This document shows, in pieces, positions 22,296 to 33,351 of a stretch of DNA of 64,000 nucleotides. The position numbers and the translations under genes were made by a program. The notes below the pieces were generated by a model that made no database searches, was not told the DNA's origin, and saw only the letters and a list, made by a program, of their open reading frames with translations. Source of the DNA: a virus; IMG/VR virus record IMGVR_UViG_3300041964_000072, positions 68,739 to 132,738 of that record; one strand, 5' to 3'. Numbering within the stretch: the first letter of the stretch is position 1; each line of letters starts with the position of its first letter.

Positions 22296-22865
22296 ATGTT
22301 CAACGAAAGTGATTTTTTGCGTTACATGGAATGGGTGCATTCCGACCTTGATTTGCTTAATCAAGCAGAAAATTTCGATCAGTTCTGTGACCTTAAGCTT
22401 GCCAAGGGTGAACGGGAAAAGCTTGTAGCGTTCTACCGCAAACACACTGATGTGCGATCGCAATTTCCTTATGCAAAGCGATTTCCCGGAGTGCCGATCC
22501 ATACTGTACTAGCCTTTCCAGCCGTGGATAAGCTAGAAGACCTATTTACTCAGTACTGCTGGGTAGAAAGAGGAGCCAAGAAACCCCCTCGCACCTTTCG
22601 TATAGGGCTGTCTAGTGTCAAAAGCCTAGATGCTCCATTGAATTACTCGCTGTATGCGAGACAAACCCAAATGCTAAGAGAACACATCATGGGCGCTATG
22701 GTAACTCGTAACACTTTCCATTTTGAGCTGAGTGAATGGAGTAGCGGCAATGTAATGCTCTACTTGCAGTATGACCAACTTATCTCTAGCTTTTGGATAG
22801 CTGTCCTACCTCCTGAGTCCCTAAAATCTATTCCCCTTATCATCAGTAACAAGCATGACAATTAA
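22296..22865 (+). CDS. Paralogue family A, copy 1
   Basis: WVHSDLDLL.Q..NFDQFCD.K...QFPYAKRFP...FPAVDKLEDL. Confidence 0.8.
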   Translation: MFNESDFLRYMEWVHSDLDLLNQAENFDQFCDLKLAKGEREKLVAFYRKHTDVRSQFPYAKRFPGVPIHTVLAFPAVDKLEDLFTQYCWVERGAKKPPRTFRIGLSSVKSLDAPLNYSLYARQTQMLREHIMGAMVTRNTFHFELSEWSSGNVMLYLQYDQLISSFWIAVLPPESLKSIPLIISNKHDN

Positions 22866-23421
22866 TTACATGTCAACCGAAAATGAAGCATGGAAATGGC
22901 TGTACAGCGATCCGTATTTACTTGCAGAGTGCAAAGACTTTGATGAATTCTGCGATCGCAAAAAAGCTCAAGGCGATCGCTTGGCTAACTTCTACCGTGG
23001 CTTGCCCTGGCTGGGGAGTCAGCTTCCTTATGCCAAGCGCTACCCTAACAACCCGCTGAATAAGTGTCTAGTTTTTCCAGCAGTCGATAAATTGGAAGAC
23101 TTGATTGAAGATTATCTTTGGCAGGTGTCTTCTAATAAAGACAAACCAAAAGGCATGTTATTTATCTCTATAATACATGCCAAAACCATTGACAGAGATG
23201 GACACTGGCTTTACGTCAAGGTCAAACCAGAGATTGAAGAGTGGGTTAAGTCTGGAAGTAAGGGGCGAACACAATGGAGCAGTACTACCCTAAAAATTGT
23301 CGAGCGCTCTGATGGGCTTTTGGTTTTGTGGAATTCAGGAGTCATTATCTCTTCGCACTGGATTGCACTCATGGACATCGAGCAAATTAACAACATCCCC
23401 AAACCACCAGTAGAAGGCTAA
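22855..23421 (+). CDS. Paralogue family A, copy 2
   Basis: WLYSDPYLLAECKDFDEFCDRKK...QLPYAKRYP...FPAVDKLEDL. Confidence 0.8.
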   Translation: MTINYMSTENEAWKWLYSDPYLLAECKDFDEFCDRKKAQGDRLANFYRGLPWLGSQLPYAKRYPNNPLNKCLVFPAVDKLEDLIEDYLWQVSSNKDKPKGMLFISIIHAKTIDRDGHWLYVKVKPEIEEWVKSGSKGRTQWSSTTLKIVERSDGLLVLWNSGVIISSHWIALMDIEQINNIPKPPVEG

Positions 23422-24913
23422 TCATGAAAACGTCTATCGAGAGAAATAACATACTTCGAGATTGCTTGCACAATATGAGTGCGAGAAGTGGGGCAACAGA
23501 CCTGTACTGCAAAGGTATGTTAGTTGGGGTTGTAGGAGCCTTGGCAGCATTCGGCTGGGAACCTGATGAAGCGCTGAAATACTACAAGGAAAACTTTCCA
23601 GCGGATTGCCGTCCGTGGGAAAGCTTCTTTCCTCCAACCTGGGATCAATCAAGATAAAGTTCCAAAACCACAAAAGTAGGAGTAAGGCAGATGAATTTCA
23701 TTGAAGCAATCAAGAAATCCATTGAGGAAAAGATATCACTCAAATGGACAAATTTCATAGGAGCGGGGTTTGCCGCTGACGACATCACAAGAGTATGGGA
23801 TTATCAAGAGGCTGCTGGTACATTCAAGATGCAAAGAGAAGGGAATCCAAAAACATACTTCATGAGCTTTGCTTCAAAACTCAAGGATCAAGGTGTAATG
23901 AATTTGCGGGAGCTTGAGGAGTTACTGAAGTGGGCAGAAGCAAACCCAGGTGAATTACCTCACCCTGTATTTACGCTACACGACGCAATTAAAAACAAAA
24001 TCACTCTCGAAGAAAGGCACAAGGCAGGTTTCTTGAGGGTATTCAGCAAGGGAGTGAGACAGGATAACAAGAAAAGGCTGAAAATTTTCATTAAAAATCC
24101 AAGCAATTATGCCAATCATGAGCGTTACAAAATGATTTTCTTTGATGATTATGGAATAGATTGCCAGTATGTTGCGGGGGGAGAATATCGCCTAGAAGTG
24201 GCTGACATACGCAAAAGAATCTGCTCTCAGGTTGAACTGTAGAAAATAATTGGGAAGATTTGATTATGAAAGTCAAAATCAAAGATAACGCTGCAACTGT
24301 TTACTGTTCTTATTTTCAAGAACAAGAAATTCCTAACCGGGAATGGGTAGCTATTTTGGAGAAAATTCAAGGCAAAGTATTAGATGTTGAGAAAGTTTTT
24401 AGCGAGGGACAATGTGATCTAATTGTAGAAGAAGATGTATCGAGGTTGAAATGTGTTCACGTTAGTACAGACATGTTTCAGCAAATCACTATCCATAAAG
24501 ACAAAGGACTTGCTCTAGAATTCAATGTGACGGATAAACGGACTTTACTTGACTTGAAGCGCAAAAGCAACCCAATGATCATATCTGTAGAAAAGCGCTT
24601 AAAAGCCAATGTCCCTGACTGCATAATCTACTACAAAAAGGATTTCACATATCCTCCGGAAAAAGATTTGTTCTGGTATCGCTGGGGAAAATCTTTCCTA
24701 ATTGCACACCAAAATCTAAGGCTCAACCCACAGAAGTAAAAGGAAATAGTCATGAGTGATTCATTGAATGACAAGGGTGATTTTGACCACGTTAGCGTTA
24801 CATTTAACAACAATAACGGTGAAGCGCGTAAATACACTGCCGCTCAGAGCTTGCCTGATGACTTGCGATACATCCGCAAATTGATTTGTAAATAACCACT
24901 AGGAGCAATACCG

Positions 24914-25462
24914 ATGTTCATGAATGCAGACATGGAGCTAGAAGCAACTGAATGGTTGCATAGTGATGCAGCACTGCTTGCCCAGTGCAAGGACTTTGAT
25001 GAGTACTGCGATCGCAAAAGGGATCAAGGTGATCCTCTTGCAGACATCTACCGAGAGATTACTTGGTTAGGGACACAGTTTCCTTATGCTCAGCGATACC
25101 CAGACAGACCGCTACCAAAGTCCCTAAAATTTCCAGCGATTGACAAGATGGCAGACCTGTTTACTGAGTACTACTGGCTGGATTATGACAAGAGACAAAC
25201 CTCAACGATACCAGAAGGAACCCTCCGAGTATCGACCTTCTATGCTCCCACCTTGGGGAACAAGAAGCATTTGTTTGTTAAGCCTACCGAGGCTGTACAA
25301 GCATACATGGATCAAAGATGGGAACCAGAAGCGTCGAACCTAAATATCATTGAACATCGAGACGCAGTACTTGTAACGTGGTCGTCAAACATTATTGCTT
25401 CAACACACTGGCTTGCATATATGGAGATAGACCAGTTGAAAACCATTCCATCATGCAAATAA
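24914..25462 (+). CDS. Paralogue family A, copy 3
   Basis: WLHSDAALLAQCKDFDEYCDRKR...QFPYAQRYP...FPAIDKMADL. Confidence 0.8.
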   Translation: MFMNADMELEATEWLHSDAALLAQCKDFDEYCDRKRDQGDPLADIYREITWLGTQFPYAQRYPDRPLPKSLKFPAIDKMADLFTEYYWLDYDKRQTSTIPEGTLRVSTFYAPTLGNKKHLFVKPTEAVQAYMDQRWEPEASNLNIIEHRDAVLVTWSSNIIASTHWLAYMEIDQLKTIPSCK

Positions 25463-25590
25463 AGGGGATAAGTATGACACAACCCGAATAATTTGTCTTC
25501 AGCGTAATCATTGCCTAGCATGGCTTAACAGTAGTGCTAGGTATTTAACTAAACCAACGCTGGGGAGACATACTAAGAAAGGAGCAAACA

Positions 25591-26625
25591 ATGAAAGTGA
25601 TTAAGACCCGAATCATTCCACCGCAACCAGAACGATCAGAGGAATATGTTGCAGATATTACTTGTGACCTATGTTCCAGGGGGGGGGGAGGAAGACAAAT
25701 GCACAATCAATCAATAAGTTGGTCTGACAAAACAGATCTTTTTGATATTGATCTAACAACTATAAGGAGGGAAGAAGGGAAGAGTTATCCAGAAGGAGGT
25801 TCTACAGAAGTAATGGAGTTTCATATATGCCCAGACTGCTGGGATGTAAAGCTAGTCCCGTGGCTTACAAGTCAATCAGCTAAACCAACCTGTTTTGAAA
25901 GGGATGTGTAAGAAGAATAATATGTCAATTCAAATCTTGTACAGCGACTATTACGAAAGAGAATTCAACTCTGTAGAGATAGGTATCGCACTAAACCATT
26001 ACTTAGACTGGTGCCGTGCAAAAGGTTCTTCCCCTGAAGTTTCTCAACTGAATGAAATAGATGATCGAAACATAGATCATGTGCTTTATCATGCAGAGCT
26101 TCAAGGATATGTTATTGACGAAGACTCAGAACAATTGGATGATGAATCATGAGACTCAGGCTGGTACGACCATACACATCTAAGACCGTTGATGGGGAAG
26201 ATTATGAATACCCCAACACATGTTTTTGTGACAAGTGCGATCGCACAATCATAATCGCATCAGACAAACCGCCAGTAGTGGCGGACTTGGATAATGTTGA
26301 TACTTTCTACTGCAATGATTGCTACTACATGGAGTATCCTCAGCCGCACCCCTTTATTATCGACATTAATGAACAGGAAAAGGATGGTGGATATATTCCC
26401 GCTCATGGGGATGTGGTCTGGGTAGCCTCTGTTTGCCCAGTGAACTACCTTGAAACAACACATCCCCCACGTTGGTACAAGGCTGTGGTTAGCCACGCTC
26501 CTAGCCCTGGAGATGCAGGTAATTTTGGGATATTCCACACAATAACCTTCCCGGAAGGTACTGTAGGCAGGATGTATACCCAGGCTCAGGCGATTATCAA
26601 TCCTGATCTGAGACTCCATCGCTAA
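25591..26625 (+). other. Three hypothetical ORFs, two with CxxC pairs (25591-25911, 25895-26152, 26149-26625)
   Basis: CDLC...CPDC and CDKC...CNDC motifs. Confidence 0.6.
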
Positions 26626-26699
26626 AGGTTTGCTTAATTCGTTACGTCCAGTGCCAGTAGTAATCCTGCTGGCACATATTGTTTTTAAGGAGATTCCAC

Positions 26700-27923
26700 A
26701 TGGTAGATGTTCCGTTTTATGAAAAGACCCTTCCTGTTTTACGGGGACAAATGGGGAAACATGTTTGGTATGTAGCCTCCATAAAGCTGGATGACCTATC
26801 GAGACTATTTAATTTCGACACAGACATTGCAGCAGAAGACAGAGCGCAGCGGGAGCTGAAACCTGCAAAGGTAAAAGGCATATCCGAGTATATCCAAGAC
26901 AACATTGAAGAATATGTCTTCAGTGCGCTTGCCGCTTACACCACTCTTGATATAGAGTTTTCTCCTTTTGAGGAGGATTTTGGCAGGATTCACGTATCAA
27001 CAGAAAGCGGGATGTTCTGGCTTGACGGTCAACACCGCTGGGCTGGGATCTGCAACGCAATACTTAAGGCACAGGCTTTGAAAAAAGATAGTGTGCCTGT
27101 AATAATCTTTCCAAAAACAACGCTGATAAGTGCAAAGCAGATGTTTTCGGACATCAACGGCAACGGATCTCGCCCTAACAAATCAGTTGTTGCAGGGTTC
27201 AATCTGCGAGATGAAAATGCAATAATCACGGAACAGCTCATCAAAGAAGTTCCGATATTCCGGAATTTCACTGATGGGCAGCGGACTAATCTCAAGAAGT
27301 CATCTCCCTGTCTATTCGCACGGTCAGCGTTGTATGACGCTACCAAGATCCTCACCAAGAATCTTGCCTCCAACCAAGCAGCGTATGTTAAAGGCTTCTG
27401 GAAGGTAATAGCACTCAACATCCCGGTATGGGGTCAAGTGCTGAAAGGGACTGACCCCAGAGAAGTGCGGTTAAAGCAAATCTGTACGCACAACATAACC
27501 ATTCTTGCTTTAGCAGAGATTGGGAGTCAAATCAGCCATAAGTTTCGAGACAATAAGGACAAGACAAATTTCAAAGAGATGGAGGTTTTTCTTCTACCCT
27601 TAAAAGGTATTGATTGGTATCGCACCAACCCCGATTGGGAAACCCGGATTTTGTCTCACACTAAGGCAATCCAAGCTAATTCACAGAATCTCAAGCGCCT
27701 AGTTATATACCTCAAGTTCTTTCTGGGAATGCACTTGGATAAAGAGGAAATCCAGTTAGAGAATGCCTTGTCTGATCTACTGCAACGTCCAAAAACTCCG
27801 GCAGAGGATGAGGCTTCCACCATAGAAGTAGCTGCTCAACCTGTGGAGACTTCTCCAGCAGCACCAGCAAAAGCTTCCCAACCCAAGAAGCCCAAGGAAC
27901 CCGCTCAAGAAGCTGCTAAGTAG
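26700..27923 (+). CDS. DGQHR-domain (DndB-like) protein
   Basis: Exact LDGQHR motif, RAQR and QMFSDIN motifs, AAGGAG RBS, Pro/Ala/Lys-rich tail. Confidence 0.85.
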   Translation: MVDVPFYEKTLPVLRGQMGKHVWYVASIKLDDLSRLFNFDTDIAAEDRAQRELKPAKVKGISEYIQDNIEEYVFSALAAYTTLDIEFSPFEEDFGRIHVSTESGMFWLDGQHRWAGICNAILKAQALKKDSVPVIIFPKTTLISAKQMFSDINGNGSRPNKSVVAGFNLRDENAIITEQLIKEVPIFRNFTDGQRTNLKKSSPCLFARSALYDATKILTKNLASNQAAYVKGFWKVIALNIPVWGQVLKGTDPREVRLKQICTHNITILALAEIGSQISHKFRDNKDKTNFKEMEVFLLPLKGIDWYRTNPDWETRILSHTKAIQANSQNLKRLVIYLKFFLGMHLDKEEIQLENALSDLLQRPKTPAEDEASTIEVAAQPVETSPAAPAKASQPKKPKEPAQEAAK

Positions 27924-27998
27924 ATACCCATCACCCTGCATCCTCTCTGGGGATGTGGGGAGTTATTCTGCAATTAGAAAGTCATCAGGAGATAATGC

Positions 27999-29540
27999 AT
28001 GACACAATCTACGCAAGAATTACGACGGTTCCGACTTACCGAAGATTGGATAGCCGTTGTCAATATAAACTGCCCACGGCATGATGACGAATCCCGCTTT
28101 AAATACGCTCAGATTCGTAGTCAAGATATGGAAAATACAGTTTTACACTATGCCAACTTTGACATAGTAGATGAGAACGGAATACCTCATCCAGGATGGC
28201 GCAATGGTTGCCCAATAGCTTTGAAAGAATTAGGTGAAGAGATTGAGATTCCACTTGCTTAGTTGACGGGGCTTTGACGGGGGGAGCGCATCCTACACGC
28301 TCAAACAAACTAACCTAAGTAAAGGAGAATACGATGGACTTATCAAAGATTGATGTTACTAAGATCGATGTAGCTATCGAATGCCTTGAAGAAGATACTT
28401 TGCCACATGGATATTTTGCGACAGGAGATGAAGCAATAGATAAAAAGTTGGCAGACGGTATTTTAGAGGACTTGCAAAGCAATCCTTGGGCATGGTGCAT
28501 AGTAAGAGTTGTCGCCACTTATCAAGAGTTTGAAGGTAGTTCTTCCCTAGGAGCCTGTAACTATTCCGGTGAAGAGAGTTTTAAGTCGAGTGTATACTAC
28601 CCAGAATTGGTAGAACAGGCAATTGAAAACCTTGTAACTCAACTACAAAAAGCAGAAAATGCTCTTGATGAATTGAGTATCTAAACGATGTTTTCAGGGA
28701 TGTCAGTCGGCATCCCTTTTGTCATTTAGTGGAGAACAAACATGACGATTTCAGAGTACCGTTACACACAAACCCCTGTGGGCAAAGTTGCAATTATTGT
28801 TAACAGTGCGACAACTACTTGTTGGCAGTGGAGTCCTACAGACACAATGAACGAAAAAGGAGGGGAAACATCAGGACTGGTATTGATTGATCGTGTTTAT
28901 TACACAGGCATGATTCACATGAGTCTTGATAATGGAAAATGGGATGCATACCATGCCTCTTTAACTCGATCTGATGGTAGCGGCAAAAAAGTATCATCAT
29001 CTGCCCTTAAAAAATTCAAGCAAGCTGCCTTAGACACTGTGGAAAAATGGTGGAAGGAAAACAAGGAATTCATCGACAAAATTGAACACCAAGATCTTAC
29101 GGAACAAATCAAAAACCTGGAAGGGAAAAGGAAAGAATTAGAAGCAAACCTTGCTAACATAAAATTGCAGCTATCAGAGCTAGAAGCTAAGCGCTCAAAT
29201 CTGACCACAGTTACAACAAAAAGGAGTGAACCCAATGCCTAACATCAATACAAACGAATTTCTTAAAGCGCTTGGTAACACCTACATTGCAAAGGGATGG
29301 GTAACAAAAGATCTCAAGGAAGAGGATTATGTTGCAACCATCAGGATTCCCGTTATAAAAATGGGTTTAACTGATGGAACATACATGGATGCCAAGACTA
29401 TCCGGGATAATAAATTCGCTTTGCAAGTTCACATAACTAAGGAGCAAGCCAAGAATCTCCTGAAAGACCTTGAAGAAGTATTTAGGTTGGAGGAAGGCGA
29501 AAGTATACCAACCAACCCTGAAGAGAATACAGACATATAA
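27999..29540 (+). other. Hypothetical ORFs 27999-28262, 28334-28684, 28742-29242, 29226-29540
   Basis: Co-oriented ORFs with RBSs; bidirectional terminator AAAGGGAGG...CCTCCCTTT at about 29543-29571. Confidence 0.7.
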
Positions 29541-29579
29541 TTTAAAGGGAGGTTGCGATAGACCTCCCTTTGACATTCT

Positions 29580-29947
29580 CTAACTTGACTGCTTTATCAC
29601 CCTCCCTTTAACCTTTATTTCCTCTACCCAAACTTTCATCTCAGTCCCGTCATCGGATGATAGGGTCAGAATTAAAGAGCCTGATCCTGTCATTTCAAAG
29701 TTTTTTTCAACATCGACTTGCAAGGGTTCGGGGCATATTGATCCATGCATTTCAACCACAAAATCATTGTCTTTCGACTCATTATTCATACTGCAACTCT
29801 ACGAATACCTGGATGTTTCCCACCTACGACCTCGTTTTGAAGTCGGTAGGCTTCCCGTCGTGTCATGGAGGCGTACCCAATACTACCATCTGTATATTCT
29901 ATTTCCACAGTAACAATTTCATTTAGCCCTGCCTCTGTAGTTTCCAT
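29580..29947 (-). CDS. Two small translationally coupled minus-strand ORFs (29786-29947, 53 aa; 29580-29789, 69 aa)
   Basis: ATGA overlap at 29786-29789; they converge on the bidirectional terminator. Confidence 0.55.
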
Positions 29948-29980
29948 TGCACCCTAGTTAATAAAAACAGAAATAATTGT

Positions 29981-31252
29981 ATGACAGATTTAGTATGGAT
30001 TGATCAGGTGCGTGATGAAAAAAGAGATCCCATAATAGTTACTAAAGTTATAGCTCCTATCCGAGAAAAAGGGATATTTCATCCATTCGACAAAGGGGTG
30101 TTAGTAGAAAATCAAAAAGGGACTCATTGGGGAATAGTTAAGGACATAAAAGAATATTATCAAGAAATGCAAATTGCTTGGTGGAAGGAGGGGGCTGACT
30201 CTGAAATTGAGGAATATGAATGGGTTACAATTCCTTGGACTTTCACCACACCTTTACCACTATTTCGACCAGGATGGACACTCCTGGAAATCCCCCAAAC
30301 AACAGTACTGCTAGAAAATGGAGAGATTACCACGATTAAAAATGAGAGATTTTTCCTCAAATATTCTGAGGATGGTAACTATCACATTTCCAACCCTTCT
30401 TGGTATTGGATATTTCCTCAAGAAGATTTTCCAGGCATTCCCTTGGCGTGCTTGGTAGAAATCCCTGCTCCCACGGCTACGGCTATCGAGGGCACTAAGG
30501 AGGTGCTGACCCCTATGGATATCGGGTGTAAATTATTGGGGTATTTGCAAGACAAGATTCCTTGTCATTTTCTCGATCAAATCTACCGGAACATGGAATG
30601 GGAGCTGGACTTAAAAGAGGTAGGTAGAACCAATTTGAGCAAAGAGTTTGTTGAATTCAGTGACGAAGACTTTGATTTGGGCTGGGAGCGCTTCATCACG
30701 GATACCAGTAAATTTTACTTCCAGCGCTGGGGAATATTCGGCATCAAAGAAGGGAATCTGATCAGGGACAAGATGGGCGCTAAGGGAATAGTGTCCACAA
30801 TAGATGTACGAAAAGAATTGATTTTGGTTGAATGGATGGACAGTGAAAAAACATCAGTACATCCAATTGAAACCTTTTTTGAGGAATTCAAGGAAATCCT
30901 GGCTATCCAGGTATCGGACAATATAGCCTATTACTGCGATCGCGCTAGTGGATACTTGGAAATTTTCATAGGTTTCAAGTATAAGTATCAAGCCTACAAT
31001 GCAGAGTATCTGGTGAGGAGACTGGTAAAATCCAACTCTGCTGGAACAAATAATCTAGGGAGATTGGGAAGAACTAAAGCCTCTTGGGTGAATAAACTCA
31101 GGGAGGCTTCAAATCCCACCAAATACAAGTTGCACTACCACATCACCGAATTCAAGAGTAAAAAAATAGAAACAGTTCTAAAATCATTACCAGATATTGC
31201 ACTAGAAATAGTGCAGTTGAATGAAAAGAATCACTCAAAGAAGGACTACTAA
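29981..31252 (+). CDS. Large hypothetical protein
   Basis: 423 aa ORF; no motif recognised. Confidence 0.7.
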   Translation: MTDLVWIDQVRDEKRDPIIVTKVIAPIREKGIFHPFDKGVLVENQKGTHWGIVKDIKEYYQEMQIAWWKEGADSEIEEYEWVTIPWTFTTPLPLFRPGWTLLEIPQTTVLLENGEITTIKNERFFLKYSEDGNYHISNPSWYWIFPQEDFPGIPLACLVEIPAPTATAIEGTKEVLTPMDIGCKLLGYLQDKIPCHFLDQIYRNMEWELDLKEVGRTNLSKEFVEFSDEDFDLGWERFITDTSKFYFQRWGIFGIKEGNLIRDKMGAKGIVSTIDVRKELILVEWMDSEKTSVHPIETFFEEFKEILAIQVSDNIAYYCDRASGYLEIFIGFKYKYQAYNAEYLVRRLVKSNSAGTNNLGRLGRTKASWVNKLREASNPTKYKLHYHITEFKSKKIETVLKSLPDIALEIVQLNEKNHSKKDY

Positions 31253-31254
31253 AA

Positions 31255-31719
31255 ATGCAGTGCAAATATTGCCGAAGAGTATTGGTTGGTGGAATGAGAA
31301 TGAGTGGTGACTTTCGAGGAAAGAAAGGAACCAAGTGCGACGACGTATGCCCTAACTGTGGGGCAGCGTTTTGTTACTTCCTCGCTGACGGAGGAGGGCA
31401 GTTCTGGCAGGACTGGGATGAACCGGGAACCCATCCCCGATCAGATGGGACTTACCTAAGCGTCAACATATCTGGCATCTATGGCAACTCTCGATATTCC
31501 ATCATCAGCGGTTTAATCCCTGATTCCCTCGAAGTCTTCATCGACGGCATTCAGATGACCAATTTGCTGGGCAGCGGACTCGATGAGGCTGTGATTCTTG
31601 CCCAAACCATGATTGAGCAGGACGTGCCTAGAAAGGTTCGACTACTACAGCAAGGGCTGAACGAATACGATGAATGGCTGCAAGCTGGCTCCAGTGATGC
31701 TGAAGCAAGTACTGAATGA
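31255..31719 (+). CDS. Zinc-finger-containing hypothetical protein
   Basis: CKYC...CPNC. Confidence 0.55.
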   Translation: MQCKYCRRVLVGGMRMSGDFRGKKGTKCDDVCPNCGAAFCYFLADGGGQFWQDWDEPGTHPRSDGTYLSVNISGIYGNSRYSIISGLIPDSLEVFIDGIQMTNLLGSGLDEAVILAQTMIEQDVPRKVRLLQQGLNEYDEWLQAGSSDAEASTE

Positions 31720-31998
31720 AGACGGAACCCTTCCTTGACTCTTGGCACTCTACCGTACCAACTATATATATAGAAAATACCGATGGAACTACCGAGCAAC
31801 GCCTATTGCATGAGTGAGCGCTGGTGTGAGGCACTGGAAACCTACCCAGATGGTTATGAACAACCCATAGTTATTGGCGTAGACCCCGGCTACGGCATAG
31901 TTTGCGAAGGCGACTGCTTTCACCTGTGCTGTCTACTGGAAGATCGAGAAGATGAATTCCCTTTTTAGTCGTCTAGAACACAGACACATTCTTGTTGT

Positions 31999-32047
31999 TG
32001 TAATACAGAGAGCAATACTGTAATACACAGCCGACACAATGTAATAC
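31999..32047 (+). repeat. Phased TGTAATAC direct repeats
   Basis: Copies at 31999, 32019 and 32040, plus GCAATAC at 32012. Confidence 0.6.
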
Positions 32048-32116
32048 GGAAAACCGGGAGTAAGTCTCTACCCAAGTAGGGACTTTTTTATATCTTGCCT
32101 CGCAAAAATCATTCTA

Positions 32117-32144
32117 TTGACAACAAGAAAATCAGTCCTAGGAT
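32117..32144 (+). promoter_or_regulatory. Sigma70-type promoter
   Basis: TTGACA-16 nt-TAGGAT just downstream of a terminator (about 32064-32088). Confidence 0.6.
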
Positions 32145-32350
32145 AGATGTTTCTAAGTGGAATGACATAGGAGTGAACATAAAATAGGCTCCATTTAATC
32201 GTGATCACACGGATGACAAGTATACAACGTCACAATTGAAGTTCCGTATAAACACTCGGTACAACCCCTGCTGAGTCGGCTACTATGGATTTTGTGAGGG
32301 AAAGGCGTTCTGCTTAACACAATTCCAGTTAACAGTCCACCTTCCTTAAA

Positions 32351-32367
32351 GAACCTTGACAATTCAA
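32351..32367 (+). promoter_or_regulatory. boxA-like element 2
   Basis: GAACCTTGACAATTCAA. Confidence 0.6.
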
Positions 32368-32648
32368 CCTCCAGCCGTTTCTTAGGGAGCGGAAACCTGC
32401 GGTGTACACTGAAGGGTGCTTAGAGTCTTTCTAGAGTACCGAACCAGATAACACGGGCGGAGGAGTAGGAGAAGTAGGGACTATTAACTCGCTGCTGTCT
32501 CCTCACCTGGGAGAGCTGTACACTGAGCGGATTATTCCACGAGTGGGTTAAACCACGTTGGTCTGCTTTAGATAACTGACACCACGGCAGAGATGGATTA
32601 TGCCTAATGTCCCCAGACTTTTTCTTTTGTCCTACACCTCATGTAGGT
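32368..32648 (+). ncRNA. Second structured leader/ncRNA (unassigned)
   Basis: Stems CCTCC..CCG/CGG..GGAGG, GTTTC/GAAAC, GGTGCT/AGTACC, GGGAC/GTCCC, TCTCC/GGAGA, GTGG/CCAC, CCTACA/TGTAGG; TGTACACTGA occurs twice. Confidence 0.55.
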
Positions 32649-32653
32649 AAATC

Positions 32654-33292
32654 ATGATTCAAGGGTGTGTCGAGCTGGATGATTCTGTAAAAGATTTTCC
32701 AGCACTCAAACAAGAGGGTATGGGTAGCATTGCTAGTCCATTACCTTTACGAAACACAGAGATTATCCCTGCTCATTTTTTTGAGAAAAGGGCACCAAAT
32801 CTTAGCATACGGGCACGTTCTAGAGCCTATCGACTGAGAAAAACACAAGCTGAATATTCTTTTCAGCTACTTCAAGGGGGATCTATTATATTATCTCCTG
32901 CCAATCAGTCTTGTCCTAGTAAATGTGTATGCATAGCTAAGGTGACATGCATAGAGCATTATACAAACACTAATGCTTTACGAGTAAAGTGGGAGTTCAC
33001 GTCTGCTGGGAACAAATATGTATTCTTAACAAGAGCAATCAATGTTTTTGTGAGTAATATTTTCCGAGAGACACCTTTCCTTGCCTTTGCTCGATATGTA
33101 GGTAACTGCCCAGTTTTCACGGTTGATGCAGAAAGATTTTCTCGCAGACAAAAGCAGCGACTTATTAAATGGGCAAGCTGTGAAGCATTGTATCAGCCCT
33201 TACCCATTCAAAAAAAATTACGAGGATGGGTAAAGCAGAAGAATTACGAGGAAATCCTCCATTATAAATGGGGATTGGAGTCTGAATATTAG
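32654..33292 (+). CDS. Basic hypothetical protein
   Basis: ATG ORF directly after the leader. Confidence 0.6.
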   Translation: MIQGCVELDDSVKDFPALKQEGMGSIASPLPLRNTEIIPAHFFEKRAPNLSIRARSRAYRLRKTQAEYSFQLLQGGSIILSPANQSCPSKCVCIAKVTCIEHYTNTNALRVKWEFTSAGNKYVFLTRAINVFVSNIFRETPFLAFARYVGNCPVFTVDAERFSRRQKQRLIKWASCEALYQPLPIQKKLRGWVKQKNYEEILHYKWGLESEY

Positions 33293-33351
33293 GACTCTAT
33301 TGCATATAACGTATACAACATCTACTTTCATTAGACATCAGGGCAACGATT

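Noticed and set aside
28263-28284. Tandem TTGACGGGG as a promoter
   Set aside because: No -10 element at 16-18 nt spacing.
3761-31968. Integron-like cassette array driven by the integrase
   Set aside because: No attC-type GTTRRRY/RYYYAAC inverted repeats seen at gene junctions; junction hairpins are ordinary terminators.
32585-32610. CGGCA...GATTATGCCT similar to the unit-4 hairpin
   Set aside because: Lacks the upstream AGTAG, the TTGA loop and the TCAA end; probably coincidental.
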